Shown here one piece after another: positions 14,501 through 30,000 of a stretch of DNA of 64,000 bases; position 1 is the first letter of the stretch; each line of letters begins with the position of its first letter. The translations under genes and the position numbers were made by a program. Under the pieces are notes generated by a model. It was not told the DNA's origin. It did not search any database and saw nothing but the letters and a program-made list of their open reading frames with translations. Source of the DNA: the human T2T-CHM13v2.0 reference genome, Homo sapiens. The stretch lies in the NCBI RefSeq assembly GCF_009914755.1, contig NC_060937.1; one strand, 5' to 3'.

Positions 14501-14990
14501 ATGTATTATATACTGTACATAAAATATGAAAGTACATCAAATATATATTTTATTCTGTACATAAAATATCAAAGTACACCAGATATATATTCTATAGTGT
14601 ACATAAAATAACAAAGTACATAAACTATAAAATATACTGTACATAAAATATGAAATTACATCAAATATATATTAGGTACATAAAATATGAAAGTATATCA
14701 AATATAGATTATATACTGTACATATAATATCAATGTACCCCAAATATATATTTTATACTCTACATGAAATATCAAAGTTCACAAACCATACATTATATAC
14801 TGTACATAAAATATCAAAGTACCCAAGGTATATATTCTATACTGTACCAAAAATATCAAAGTACCCAAAACATGTATTATATACTGTACATAAAATATGA
14901 AAGTACATCAAATATATATTTTATTCTGTACATAAAATATCAAAGTACACCAGATATATATTCTATAGTGTACATAAAATATCAAAGTAC
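11513..14990 (+). repeat. Block 'C'; recurs at 33700-37177 (offset 22187)
   Basis: ORFs 12032/34219, 13156/35343, 13647/35834, 14279/36466 and 14764/36951. Markers: ttattccgtac, ctatagcgtac, attagctac, tatctaataccc. Confidence 0.9.
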
Positions 14991-16809
14991 ACAAAACTAT
15001 ACATTATATACTGTACATAAAATATGAAATTACATCAATATATATTAGGTACATAAAATATGAAAGTATATCAAATATAGATTATATACTGTACATAAAA
15101 TATCAAAGTACACCAAATATATATTATATACTCTACATGAAATATCAAAGTTCACAAACTATATATTATATACCGTACATACAATATCAAAGTACCCAAG
15201 GTATATATTCTATACTGTACAAAAAATATCAAAGTACCTAAAGCATGTATTATATACTGTATATAAAATATGAAAGTACATCAAATATATATTTTATTCT
15301 GTACATAAAAATCAAAGAACACCAGATATATATTCTATAGTGTACATAAAATAACAAAGTACACAAACTATAAATTATATACTGTACATAAAATATGAAA
15401 TTACATCAAATATATATTAGGTATATAAAATATGAAAGTACATCAAATATAGATTATATACTGTACATAAAATATCAATGAACCCCAAATATATATTTTA
15501 TACTCTACATGAAATATCAAAGTTCACAATCCATATATTATATACTGTACATAAAATATCAAAGTACCCAAGGTATATATTCTATACTATACAAAAAATA
15601 TCAAAGTACCCAAAGCATGTATTATATACTGTACATAAAATATGAAAGTAGATCAAATATATATTTTATTCTGTACATATAATATCAAAGTACACCAGAT
15701 ATATATTCTATAGTGTACATAAAATATCAAAGTACCCAAAATATACATTATATACTGTACATAAAATATGAAATTACATCAAATATATATTAGGTACATA
15801 AAATATGAAAGTACATCAAATATAGATTATATACTGTACATAAAATATCAAAGTACCCCAAATATATATTATATACTCTACATGAAATATCAAAGTTCAC
15901 AAACCATATATTATATACTGTATATAAAATATCAAAGTACCCAAGGCATATATTCTATACTGTACAAAAAATATCAAAGTACCCAAACCATGTATTATAT
16001 ACTGTATATAAAATATGAAAATACATCAAATATATATTTTATTCTGTACATAAAATATCAAAGTACACCAGATATATATTCTATAGTGTACATAAAATAT
16101 CAAAGTACCCAAACTATACATTATATACTGTACATAAAATATGAGATTACATCAAATATATATTATATTAGGTACATAAAATATGAAAGTACACCAGATA
16201 TAGATTATATACTGTACATGAAATATGAAAGTTCACAAACTATATATTATATACTGTACATAAAATATCAAAGTACCCAAGGTATATATTCTATACTGTA
16301 CAAAAAATATCAAAGTACCCAAAGCATGTATTTTATACTGTACATAAAATATGAAAGTACATCAAATATATATTTTATTCTGTACATAAAATATCAAAGT
16401 ACACCAGATATATATTCTATAGTGTACATAAAATAACAAAGTACACAAACTATACATTATATACTGTACATAAAATATGAAATTACATCAAATATATATT
16501 AGGTAGATAAAATATGAAAGTACATCAAATATAGGTTATATACTGTACATAAAATATCAAAGTACCCCAAATATATATTATATACTCTACATGAAATATC
16601 AAAGTTCACAAACTATATATTATATACTGTACATAAAATATCAAAGTACCCAAAGTATATATTCTATACTGTACAAAAAATATCAAAGTACCCATAGTAT
16701 GTATTATATACTGTATATAAAATATGAAAGTACATCAAATATATATTTTATTCTGTACATAAAATATCAAAGTACACCAGATATATATTCTATAGTGTAC
16801 ATAAAATAT

Positions 16810-19800
16810 CAAAGTACCCAAAATATACATTATATACTGTACATAAAATATGAAATTGCAACAAATATATATTAGGTACATAAAATATGAAAGTACATCA
16901 AATATAGATTATATACTGTACATTAAATACCAAAGTACCCCAAATATATATTTTATACTGTACATGAAATATCAAAGTTCACAAACTATATATTATATAC
17001 TGTACATATAATATCAAAGTACCCAAGGTATATATTCTATACTGTACAAAGTAACAAAGTAACAAAAGCATGTATTATATACTGTACCTAAAACATGAAA
17101 GTACATCAAATATATATTTTATTCTGTACATAAATTATCAAACTACACCAGATATATATTCTATAGTGTACATAAAATAACAAAGTACACAAACTATAAA
17201 TTATATACTGTATATAAAATATGAAATTACATCAAATATATATTAGGTACAAAAATATGAAAGTACATAAAATATAGATTATATACTGTACATAAAATAT
17301 CAATGTACCCCAAATATATATTTTATACTCTACATGAAATATCAAAGTTCACAAACCATATATTATATACTGTACATAAAATATCAAAGTACCCAAGGTA
17401 TATATACTATACTGTACAAAAAATATCAAAGTACCCAAAGCATGTATTATATACTGTACATAAAATATGAAAGTACATCAAATATATATTTTATTCTTTA
17501 CATAAAATATCAAAGTACACCAGATATATATTCTATAGTGTACATAAAATATCAAAGTTCCCAAACTATACATTATATACTGTACATAAAATATGAAATT
17601 ACATCAAATATATATTATATTAGGTACATAAAATATGAAAGTACATCAAATATAGATTATATACTGTACATAATATATCAAAGTACCCCAAATATATATT
17701 ATATACTATACATGAAATATCAAAGTTCACAAACTATATATTATATACTGTACAAAAAATATCAAAGTACCCAAGGTATATATTCTATACTGTACAAAAA
17801 ATATCAAAGTACCCAAAGCATGTATTATATACTATACATAAAATATGAAATTACATCAAATATGTATTAGGTACATAAAATATGAAAGTACATCAAATAT
17901 AGATTATATACTGTACATAAAATATCAAAGTACCCCAAATATATATTATATACTCTACATGAAATATCAAAGTTCACAAACCATATATTATATACTGTAC
18001 ATAAAATATCAAAGTACCCAAGGTATATATTCTATACTGCACAAAAAATATCAAAGTACCCAAAGCATGTATTATACACTGTACATAAAATATGAAAGTA
18101 CATCAATTATATATTTTATTCTGTACATAAAATATCAAAGTACACCAGATATATATTCTATAGTGTACATAAAATAACAAAGTACACAAACTATACATTA
18201 TATACTGTACATAAAATATGAAATTACATCAAATATATATTAGGTAGATAAAATATGAAAGTACATCAAATATAGGTTATATACTGTACATAAAATATCA
18301 AAGTACCCCAAATATATATTATATACTCTACATGAAATATCAAAGTTCACAAACTATATATTATATACTGTACATAAAATATCAAAGTACCCAAAGTATA
18401 TATTCTATACTGTACAAAAAATATCAAAGTACCCAAAGTATGTATTATATACTGTATATAAAATATGAAAGTACATCAAATATATATTTTATTCTGTACA
18501 TAAAATATCAAAGTACACCAGATATATATTCTATAGTGTACATAAAATAACAAAGTACACAAACTATACATTTTATACTGTACATAAAATATGAAATTAC
18601 ATAAAATATATATTAGGTACATAATATATGAAAGTACATCAAATATAGATTATATACTGTACATAAAATATCAATGTACCCCAAATATATATTTTATACT
18701 CTACATGAAATATCAAAGTTCACAAACTATATATTATATACTGTACATAAAATATCAAAGTACCCTAGGTATATATTCTATACTGTACAAAAAATATCAA
18801 AGTACCCAAAGCATGTATTATATACTGTACATAAAATATGAAAGTACATCAAATATATATTTTATTCTGTACATAAAATATCAAAGTACACCAGATATAT
18901 ATTCTATAGTGTACATAAAATAACAAAGTACACAAACTATAAATTATATACTCTACGGAAAATATGAAATTACATCAAATATATATTAGGTACATAAAAT
19001 ATGAAAGTACATCAAATATAGATTATATACTGTACATATAATATCAATGTACCCCGAATATATATTTTATACTCTACATGAAATATCAAAGTTCACAAAC
19101 CATACATTATATACTGTACATAAAATATCAAAATACCCAAGGTATATATTCTATACTGTACAAAAAATATCAAAGTACCCAAAGCATGTATTATATACTG
19201 TACATAAAATATGAAAGTACATCAAATATATATTTTATTCTGTACATAAAATATCAAAGTACACCAGATATATATTCTATAGTGTACATAAAATATCAAA
19301 GTACCCAAACTATACTTTATATACTGTACATAAAATATGAAATTACATCAAATATATATTATATTAGGTACATAAAATATGAAAGTACATCAAATATAGA
19401 TTATATACTGTACATTAAATACGAAAGTACCCCAAATATATATTTTATACTGTACATGAAATATCAAAGTTCACAAACTATATATTATATACTGTACATA
19501 AAATATCAAAGTACCCAAGGTATATATTCTATACTGTACAAAAAATATCAAAGTACCCAAAGCATGTATTATAAACTGTACATAAAATATGAAAGTACAT
19601 CAAATATATATTTTATTCTGTACATAAAATATCAAAGTACACCAGATATATATTCTATAGTGTGCATAAAATATCAAAGTACCCAAACTATACATTATAT
19701 ACTGTACATAAAATATGAAATTACATCAAATATATATTATATTAGGTACATAAAATATGAAAGTACATCAAATATAGATTATATACTGTACATAAAATAT

Positions 19801-22800
19801 CAAAGTACCCCAAATATATATTATATACTCTACGTGAAATATCAAAGTTCACATACTATATATTATATACTGTACATAAAATACCAAAGTACCCAAGCTA
19901 TATATTCTATACTGCACAAAAAATATCAAAGTACCCAAAGCATGTATTATAAACTGTACATAAAATATGAAAGTACATCAAATATATATTTTATTCTGTA
20001 CATAAAATATCAAAGTACACCAGATATATATTCTATAGTGTACATAAAATATCAAAGTACACAAAACTATACATTATGTACTGTACATAAAATATGAAAT
20101 TACATCAATATATATTAGGTACATAAAACATGAAAGTACATCAAATATAGATTATATACTGTACATAAAATATCAAAGTACCCCAAATATATATTATATA
20201 CTCTACATGAAATATCAAAGTTCACAAACTATATATTATATACCGTACATAAAATATCAAAGTACCCAAGGTATATATTCTATACTGTACAAAAAATATC
20301 AAAGTACCTAAAGCATGTATTATATACTGTATATAAAATATGAAAGTACATCAAATATATATTTTATTCTGTACATAAAAATCAAAGTACACCAGATATA
20401 TATTCTATAGTGTACATAAAATAACAAAGTACACAAACTATAAATTATATACTGTACATAAAATATGAAATTACATCAAATATATATTAGGTACATAAAA
20501 TATGAAAGTACATCAAATATAGATTATATACTGTACATAAAATATCAATGTACCCCAAATATATACTTTATACTCTACATGAAATATCAAAGTTCACAAT
20601 CCATATATTATATACTGTACATAAAATATCAAAGTACCCAAGGTATATATTCTATACTATACAAAAAATATCAAAGTACCCAAAGCATGTATTATATACT
20701 GTACATAAAATATGAAAGTACATCAAATATATATTTTATTCTGTACATATAATATCAAAGTACACCAGATATATATTCTATAGTGTACATAAAATATCAA
20801 AGTACCCAAAATATACATTATATACTGTACATAAAATATGAAATTACATCAAATATATATTATATTAGGTACATAAAATATGAAAGTACATCAAATATAG
20901 ATTATATACTGTACATAAAATATCAAAGTACCCCAATTATATATTATATACTCTACATGAAATATCAAAGTTCACAAACTATATATTATATACTGTATAT
21001 AAAATATCAAAGTACCCAAGGCATATATTCTATACTGTACAAAAAATATCAAAGTACCCAAAGCATGTATTATATACTGTATATAAAATATGAATGTACA
21101 TCAAATATATATTTTATTCTGTACATAACATATCAAAGTACACAAGATATATATTCTATAGTGTACACAAAATAACAAAGTACACAAACTATAAATTATA
21201 TACTGTACATAAAATATGAAGTTGCATCAAATATATATTAGGTACATAAAATATGAAAGTACATCAAATATAGATTATATACTGTACATAAAATATCAAT
21301 GTACCCCAAATATATATTTTATACTCGACATGAAATATCAAAGTTCACAAACCATATATTATTTACTGTACATAAAATATCAAAGTACCCAAGGTATATA
21401 TTCTATACTGTACAAAAAATATCAAAGTACCCAAAGCATGTATTATATACTGTACATAAAATATGAAACTACATCAAATATATTTTTTATTCTGTATATA
21501 AAATATCAAAGTACACCAGATATATATTCTATAGTGTACATAAAATATCAAATTACCCAAACTATACATTATATACTGCACATAAAATATGAAATTACAT
21601 CAAATATATATTATATTAGGTACATAAAATATGAAAGTACATCAAATATAGATTATATACTGTACATAAAATATCAAAGTACCCCAAATATATATTATAT
21701 ACTGTACATGAAATATCAAAGTTCACAAACTATATATTATATACTGTACATAAAATATCAAAGTACCCAAGGTATATATTCTATACTGTACAAAAAATAT
21801 CAAAGTACCCAAAGCATGTATTATATACTGTACATAAAATATGAAAGTACATCAAATATATATTTTATTCTGTACATAAAATATCAAAGTACACCAGATA
21901 TATATTCTATAGTGTACATAAAATATCAAAGTACCCAAAATATACATTATATACTGTACATAAAATATGAAATTGCAACAAATATATATTAGGTACATAA
22001 AATATGAAAGTACATCAAATATAGATTATATACTGTACATTAAATACCAAAGTACCCCAAATATATATTTTATACTGTACATGAAATATCAAAGTTCACA
22101 AACTATATATTATATACTGTACATATAATATCAAAGTACCCAAGGTATATATTCTATACTGTACAAAGTAACAAAGTAACAAAAGCATGTATTATATACT
22201 GTACCTAAAACATGAAAGTACATCAAATATATATTTTATTCTGTACATAAATTATCAAACTACACCAGATATATATTCTATAGTGTACATAAAATAACAA
22301 AGTACACAAACTATAAATTATATACTGTATATAAAATATGAAATTACATCAAATATATATTAGGTACAAAAATATGAAAGTACATAAAATATAGATTATA
22401 TACTGTACATAAAATATCAATGTACCCCAAATATATATTTTATACTCTACATGAAATATCAAAGTTCACAAACCATATATTATATACTGTACATAAAATA
22501 TCAAAGTACCCAAGGTATATATACTATACTGTACAAAAAATATCAAAGTACCCAAAGCATGTATTATATACTGTACATAAAATATGAAAGTACATCAAAT
22601 ATATATTTTATTCTTTACATAAAATATCAAAGTACACCAGATATATATTCTATAGTGTACATAAAATATCAAAGTTCCCAAACTATACATTATATACTGT
22701 ACATAAAATATGAAATTACATCAAATATATATTATATTAGGTACATAAAATATGAAAGTACATCAAATATAGATTATATACTGTACATAATATATCAAAG

Positions 22801-25800
22801 TACCCCAAATATATATTATATACTATACATGAAATATCAAAGTTCACAAACTATATATTATATACTGTACAAAAAATATCAAAGTACCCAAGGTATATAT
22901 TCTATACTGTACAAAAAATATCAAAGTACCCAAAGCATGTATTATATACTATACATAAAATATGAAATTACATCAAATATGTATTAGGTACATAAAATAT
23001 GAAAGTACATCAAATATAGATTATATACTGTACATAAAATATCAAAGTACCCCAAATATATATTATATACTCTACATGAAATATCAAAGTTCACAAACCA
23101 TATATTATATACTGTACATAAAATATCAAAGTACCCAAGGTATATATTCTATACTGCACAAAAAATATCAAAGTACCCAAAGCATGTATTATACACTGTA
23201 CATAAAATATGAAAGTACATCAATTATATATTTTATTCTGTACATAAAATATCAAAGTACACCAGATATATATTCTATAGTGTACATAAAATAACAAAGT
23301 ACACAAACTATACATTATATACTGTACATAAAATATGAAATTACATCAAATATATATTAGGTAGATAAAATATGAAAGTACATCAAATATAGGTTATATA
23401 CTGTACATAAAATATCAAAGTACCCCAAATATATATTATATACTCTACATGAAATATCAAAGTTCACAAACTATATATTATATACTGTACATAAAATATC
23501 AAAGTACCCAAAGTATATATTCTATACTGTACAAAAAATATCAAAGTACCCAAAGTATGTATTATATACTGTATATAAAATATGAAAGTACATCAAATAT
23601 ATATTTTATTCTGTACATAAAATATCAAAGTACACCAGATATATATTCTATAGTGTACATAAAATAACAAAGTACACAAACTATACATTTTATACTGTAC
23701 ATAAAATATGAAATTACATAAAATATATATTAGGTACATAATATATGAAAGTACATCAAATATAGATTATATACTGTACATAAAATATCAATGTACCCCA
23801 AATATATATTTTATACTCTACATGAAATATCAAAGTTCACAAACTATATATTATATACTGTACATAAAATATCAAAGTACCCTAGGTATATATTCTATAC
23901 TGTACAAAAAATATCAAAGTACCCAAAGCATGTATTATATACTGTACATAAAATATGAAAGTACATCAAATATATATTTTATTCTGTACATAAAATATCA
24001 AAGTACACCAGATATATATTCTATAGTGTACATAAAATAACAAAGTACACAAACTATAAATTATATACTCTACGGAAAATATGAAATTACATCAAATATA
24101 TATTAGGTACATAAAATATGAAAGTACATCAAATATAGATTATATACTGTACATATAATATCAATGTACCCCGAATATATATTTTATACTCTACATGAAA
24201 TATCAAAGTTCACAAACCATACATTATATACTGTACATAAAATATCAAAATACCCAAGGTATATATTCTATACTGTACAAAAAATATCAAAGTACCCAAA
24301 GCATGTATTATATACTGTACATAAAATATGAAAGTACATCAAATATATATTTTATTCTGTACATAAAATATCAAAGTACACCAGATATATATTCTATAGT
24401 GTACATAAAATATCAAAGTACCCAAACTATACTTTATATACTGTACATAAAATATGAAATTACATCAAATATATATTATATTAGGTACATAAAATATGAA
24501 AGTACATCAAATATAGATTATATACTGTACATTAAATACGAAAGTACCCCAAATATATATTTTATACTGTACATGAAATATCAAAGTTCACAAACTATAT
24601 ATTATATACTGTACATAAAATATCAAAGTACCCAAGGTATATATTCTATACTGTACAAAAAATATCAAAGTACCCAAAGCATGTATTATAAACTGTACAT
24701 AAAATATGAAAGTACATCAAATATATATTTTATTCTGTACATAAAATATCAAAGTACACCAGATATATATTCTATAGTGTGCATAAAATATCAAAGTACC
24801 CAAACTATACATTATATACTGTACATAAAATATGAAATTACATCAAATATATATTATATTAGGTACATAAAATATGAAAGTACATCAAATATAGATTATA
24901 TACTGTACATAAAATATCAAAGTACCCCAAATATATATTATATACTCTACGTGAAATATCAAAGTTCACATACTATATATTATATACTGTACATAAAATA
25001 CCAAAGTACCCAAGCTATATATTCTATACTGCACAAAAAATATCAAAGTACCCAAAGCATGTATTATAAACTGTACATAAAATATGAAAGTACATCAAAT
25101 ATATATTTTATTCTGTACATAAAATATCAAAGTACACCAGATATATATTCTATAGTGTACATAAAATATCAAAGTACACAAAACTATACATTATGTACTG
25201 TACATAAAATATGAAATTACATCAATATATATTAGGTACATAAAACATGAAAGTACATCAAATATAGATTATATACTGTACATAAAATATCAAAGTACCC
25301 CAAATATATATTATATACTCTACATGAAATATCAAAGTTCACAAACTATATATTATATACCGTACATAAAATATCAAAGTACCCAAGGTATATATTCTAT
25401 ACTGTACAAAAAATATCAAAGTACCTAAAGCATGTATTATATACTGTATATAAAATATGAAAGTACATCAAATATATATTTTATTCTGTACATAAAAATC
25501 AAAGTACACCAGATATATATTCTATAGTGTACATAAAATAACAAAGTACACAAACTATAAATTATATACTGTACATAAAATATGAAATTACATCAAATAT
25601 ATATTAGGTACATAAAATATGAAAGTACATCAAATATAGATTATATACTGTACATAAAATATCAATGTACCCCAAATATATACTTTATACTCTACATGAA
25701 ATATCAAAGTTCACAATCCATATATTATATACTGTACATAAAATATCAAAGTACCCAAGGTATATATTCTATACTATACAAAAAATATCAAAGTACCCAA

Positions 25801-27040
25801 AGCATGTATTATATACTGTACATAAAATATGAAAGTACATCAAATATATATTTTATTCTGTACATATAATATCAAAGTACACCAGATATATATTCTATAG
25901 TGTACATAAAATATCAAAGTACCCAAAATATACATTATATACTGTACATAAAATATGAAATTACATCAAATATATATTATATTAGGTACATAAAATATGA
26001 AAGTACATCAAATATAGATTATATACTGTACATAAAATATCAAAGTACCCCAATTATATATTATATACTCTACATGAAATATCAAAGTTCACAAACTATA
26101 TATTATATACTGTATATAAAATATCAAAGTACCCAAGGCATATATTCTATACTGTACAAAAAATATCAAAGTACCCAAAGCATGTATTATATACTGTATA
26201 TAAAATATGAATGTACATCAAATATATATTTTATTCTGTACATAACATATCAAAGTACACAAGATATATATTCTATAGTGTACACAAAATAACAAAGTAC
26301 ACAAACTATAAATTATATACTGTACATAAAATATGAAGTTGCATCAAATATATATTAGGTACATAAAATATGAAAGTACATCAAATATAGATTATATACT
26401 GTACATAAAATATCAATGTACCCCAAATATATATTTTATACTCGACATGAAATATCAAAGTTCACAAACCATATATTATTTACTGTACATAAAATATCAA
26501 AGTACCCAAGGTATATATTCTATACTGTACAAAAAATATCAAAGTACCCAAAGCATGTATTATATACTGTACATAAAATATGAAACTACATCAAATATAT
26601 TTTTTATTCTGTATATAAAATATCAAAGTACACCAGATATATATTCTATAGTGTACATAAAATATCAAATTACCCAAACTATACATTATATACTGCACAT
26701 AAAATATGAAATTACATCAAATATATATTATATTAGGTACATAAAATATGAAAGTACATCAAATATAGATTATATACTGTACATAAAATATCAAAGTACC
26801 CCAAATATATATTATATACTGTACATGAAATATCAAAGTTCACAAACTATATATTATATACTGTACATAAAATATCAAAGTACCCAAGGTATATATTCTA
26901 TACTGTACAAAAAATATCAAAGTACCCAAAGCATGTATTATATACTGTACATAAAATATGAAAGTACATCAAATATATATTTTATTCTGTACATAAAATA
27001 TCAAAGTACACCAGATATATATTCTATAGTGTACATAAAA
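16810..27040 (+). repeat. 5117-bp tandem duplication (two copies)
   Basis: ORFs 17334/22451, 17845/22962, 18591/23708, 19078/24195 and 20465/25582 are offset by 5117. The marker unit gaaattgcaacaaat...gtacaaagtaacaaagtaacaaaagc starts at 16850 and 21967. Confidence 0.92.
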
Positions 27041-30000
27041 TAACAAAGTACACAAACCATAAATTATATACTGTACATAAAATATGACATTACATCAAAT
27101 ATATATTAGGTACTTAAAATATGAAAGAACATCAAATATAGATTATATACTGTACATAAAATATCAATGTACCCCAAATATATATTTTATACTCTACATG
27201 AAATATCAAAGTTCACAAACTATATATTATATACTGTACATAAAATATCAAAGTACCCAAGGTATATATTCTATACTGTACAAAAAATATCAAAGTACCC
27301 AAAGCATGTATTATATACTGTACATAAAATATGAAATTACATCAAATATATATTTTATTCTGTACATAAAATATCAAAGTACACCAGATATATATTCTAT
27401 AGTGTACATAAAATATCAAAGTACCCAAACTATACATTATATACTGTACATAAAATATGAAATTCCATCAAATATATATTTTATTAGGTACATAAAATAT
27501 GAAAGTACATCAAATATAGATTATATACTGTATATTAAACACCAAAGTACCCCAAATAGATATTTTATACTGTACATGAAATATCAAAGTTCACAAACTA
27601 TATATTATATACTGTACATTAAATATCAAAGTACCCAAGGTATATATTCTATACTATACAAAAAATATCAAAGTACCCAAAGCATGTATTATAAACTGTA
27701 CATAAAATATGAAAGTACATCAAATATATATTTTATTCTGTACATAAAATATCAAAGTACACCAGATATATATTCTATAGTGTGCATAAAATATCAAAGT
27801 ACCCAAACTATACATTATATACTGTACATAAAATATGAAATTACATCAAATATATATTATATTAGGTACATAAAATATGAAAGTACATCAAATATAGATT
27901 ATATACTGTACATAAAATATCAAAGTACCCCAAATATATATTATATACTCTACGTGAAATATCAAAGTTCACATACTATATATTATATACTGTACATAAA
28001 ATACCAAAGTACCCAAGCTATATATTCTATACTGCACAAAAAATATCAAAGTACCCAAAGCATGTATTATAAACTGTACATAAAATATGAAAGTACATCA
28101 AATATATATTTTATTCTGTACATAAAATATCAAAGTACACCAGATATATATTCTATAGTGTACATAAAATATCAAAGTACACAAAACTATACATTATGTA
28201 CTGTACATAAAATATGAAATTACATCAATATATATTAGGTACATAAAACATGAAAGTACATCAAATATAGATTATATACTGTACATAAAATATCAAAGTA
28301 CCCCAAATATATATTATATACTCTACATGAAATATCAAAGTTCACAAACTATATATTATATACCGTACATAAAATATCAAAGTACCCAAGGTATATATTC
28401 TATAGTGTACAAAAAATATCAAAGTACCTAAAGCATGTATTATATACTGTATATAAAATATGAAAGTACATCAAATATATATTTTATTCTGTACATAAAA
28501 ATCAAAGTACACCAGATATATATTCTATAGTGTACATAAAATAACAAAGTACACAAACTATAAATTATATACTGTACATAAAATATGAAATTACATCAAA
28601 TATATATTAGGTACATAAAATATGAAAGTACATCAAATATAGATTATATACTGTACATAAAATATCAATGTACCCCAAATATATACTTTATACTCTACAT
28701 GAAATATCAAAGTTCACAATCCATATATTATATACTGTACATAAAATATCAAAGTACCCAAGGTATATATTCTATACTATACAAAAAATATCAAAGTACC
28801 CAAAGCATGTATTATATACTGTACATAAAATATGAAAGTACATCAAATATATATTTTATTCTGTACATATAATATCAAAGTACACCAGATATATATTCTA
28901 TAGTGTACATAAAATATCAAAGTACCCAAAATATACATTATATACTGTACATAAAATATGAAATTACATCAAATATATATTATATTAGGTACATAAAATA
29001 TGAAAGTACATCAAATATAGATTATATACTGTACATAAAATATCAAAGTACCCCAATTATATATTATATACTCTACATGAAATATCAAAGTTCACAAACT
29101 ATATATTATATACTGTATATAAAATATCAAAGTACCCAAGGCATATATTCTATACTGTACAAAAAATATCAAAGTACCCAAAGCATGTATTATATACTGT
29201 ATATAAAATATGAATGTACATCAAATATATATTTTATTCTGTACATAACATATCAAAGTACACAAGATATATATTCTATAGTGTACACAAAATAACAAAG
29301 TACACAAACTATAAATTATATACTGTACATAAAATATGAAGTTGCATCAAATATATATTAGGTACATAAAATATGAAAGTACATCAAATATAGATTATAT
29401 ACTGTACATAAAATATCAATGTACCCCAAATATATATTTTATACTCGACATGAAATATCAAAGTTCACAAACCATATATTATTTACTGTACATAAAATAT
29501 CAAAGTACCCAAGGTATATATTCTATACTGTACAAAAAATATCAAAGTACCCAAAGCATGTATTATATACTGTACATAAAATATGAAACTACATCAAATA
29601 TATTTTTTATTCTGTATATAAAATATCAAAGTACACCAGATATATATTCTATAGTGTACATAAAATATCAAATTACCCAAACTATACATTATATACTGCA
29701 CATAAAATATGAAATTACATCAAATATATATTATATTAGGTACATAAAATATGAAAGTACATCAAATATAGATTATATACTGTACATAAAATATCAAAGT
29801 ACCCCAAATATATATTATATACTGTACATGAAATATCAAAGTTCACAAACTATATATTATATACTGTACATAAAATATCAAAGTACCCAAGGTATATATT
29901 CTATACTGTACAAAAAATATCAAAGTACCCAAAGCATGTATTATATACTGTACATAAAATATGAAAGTACATCAAATATATATTTTATTCTGTACATAAA

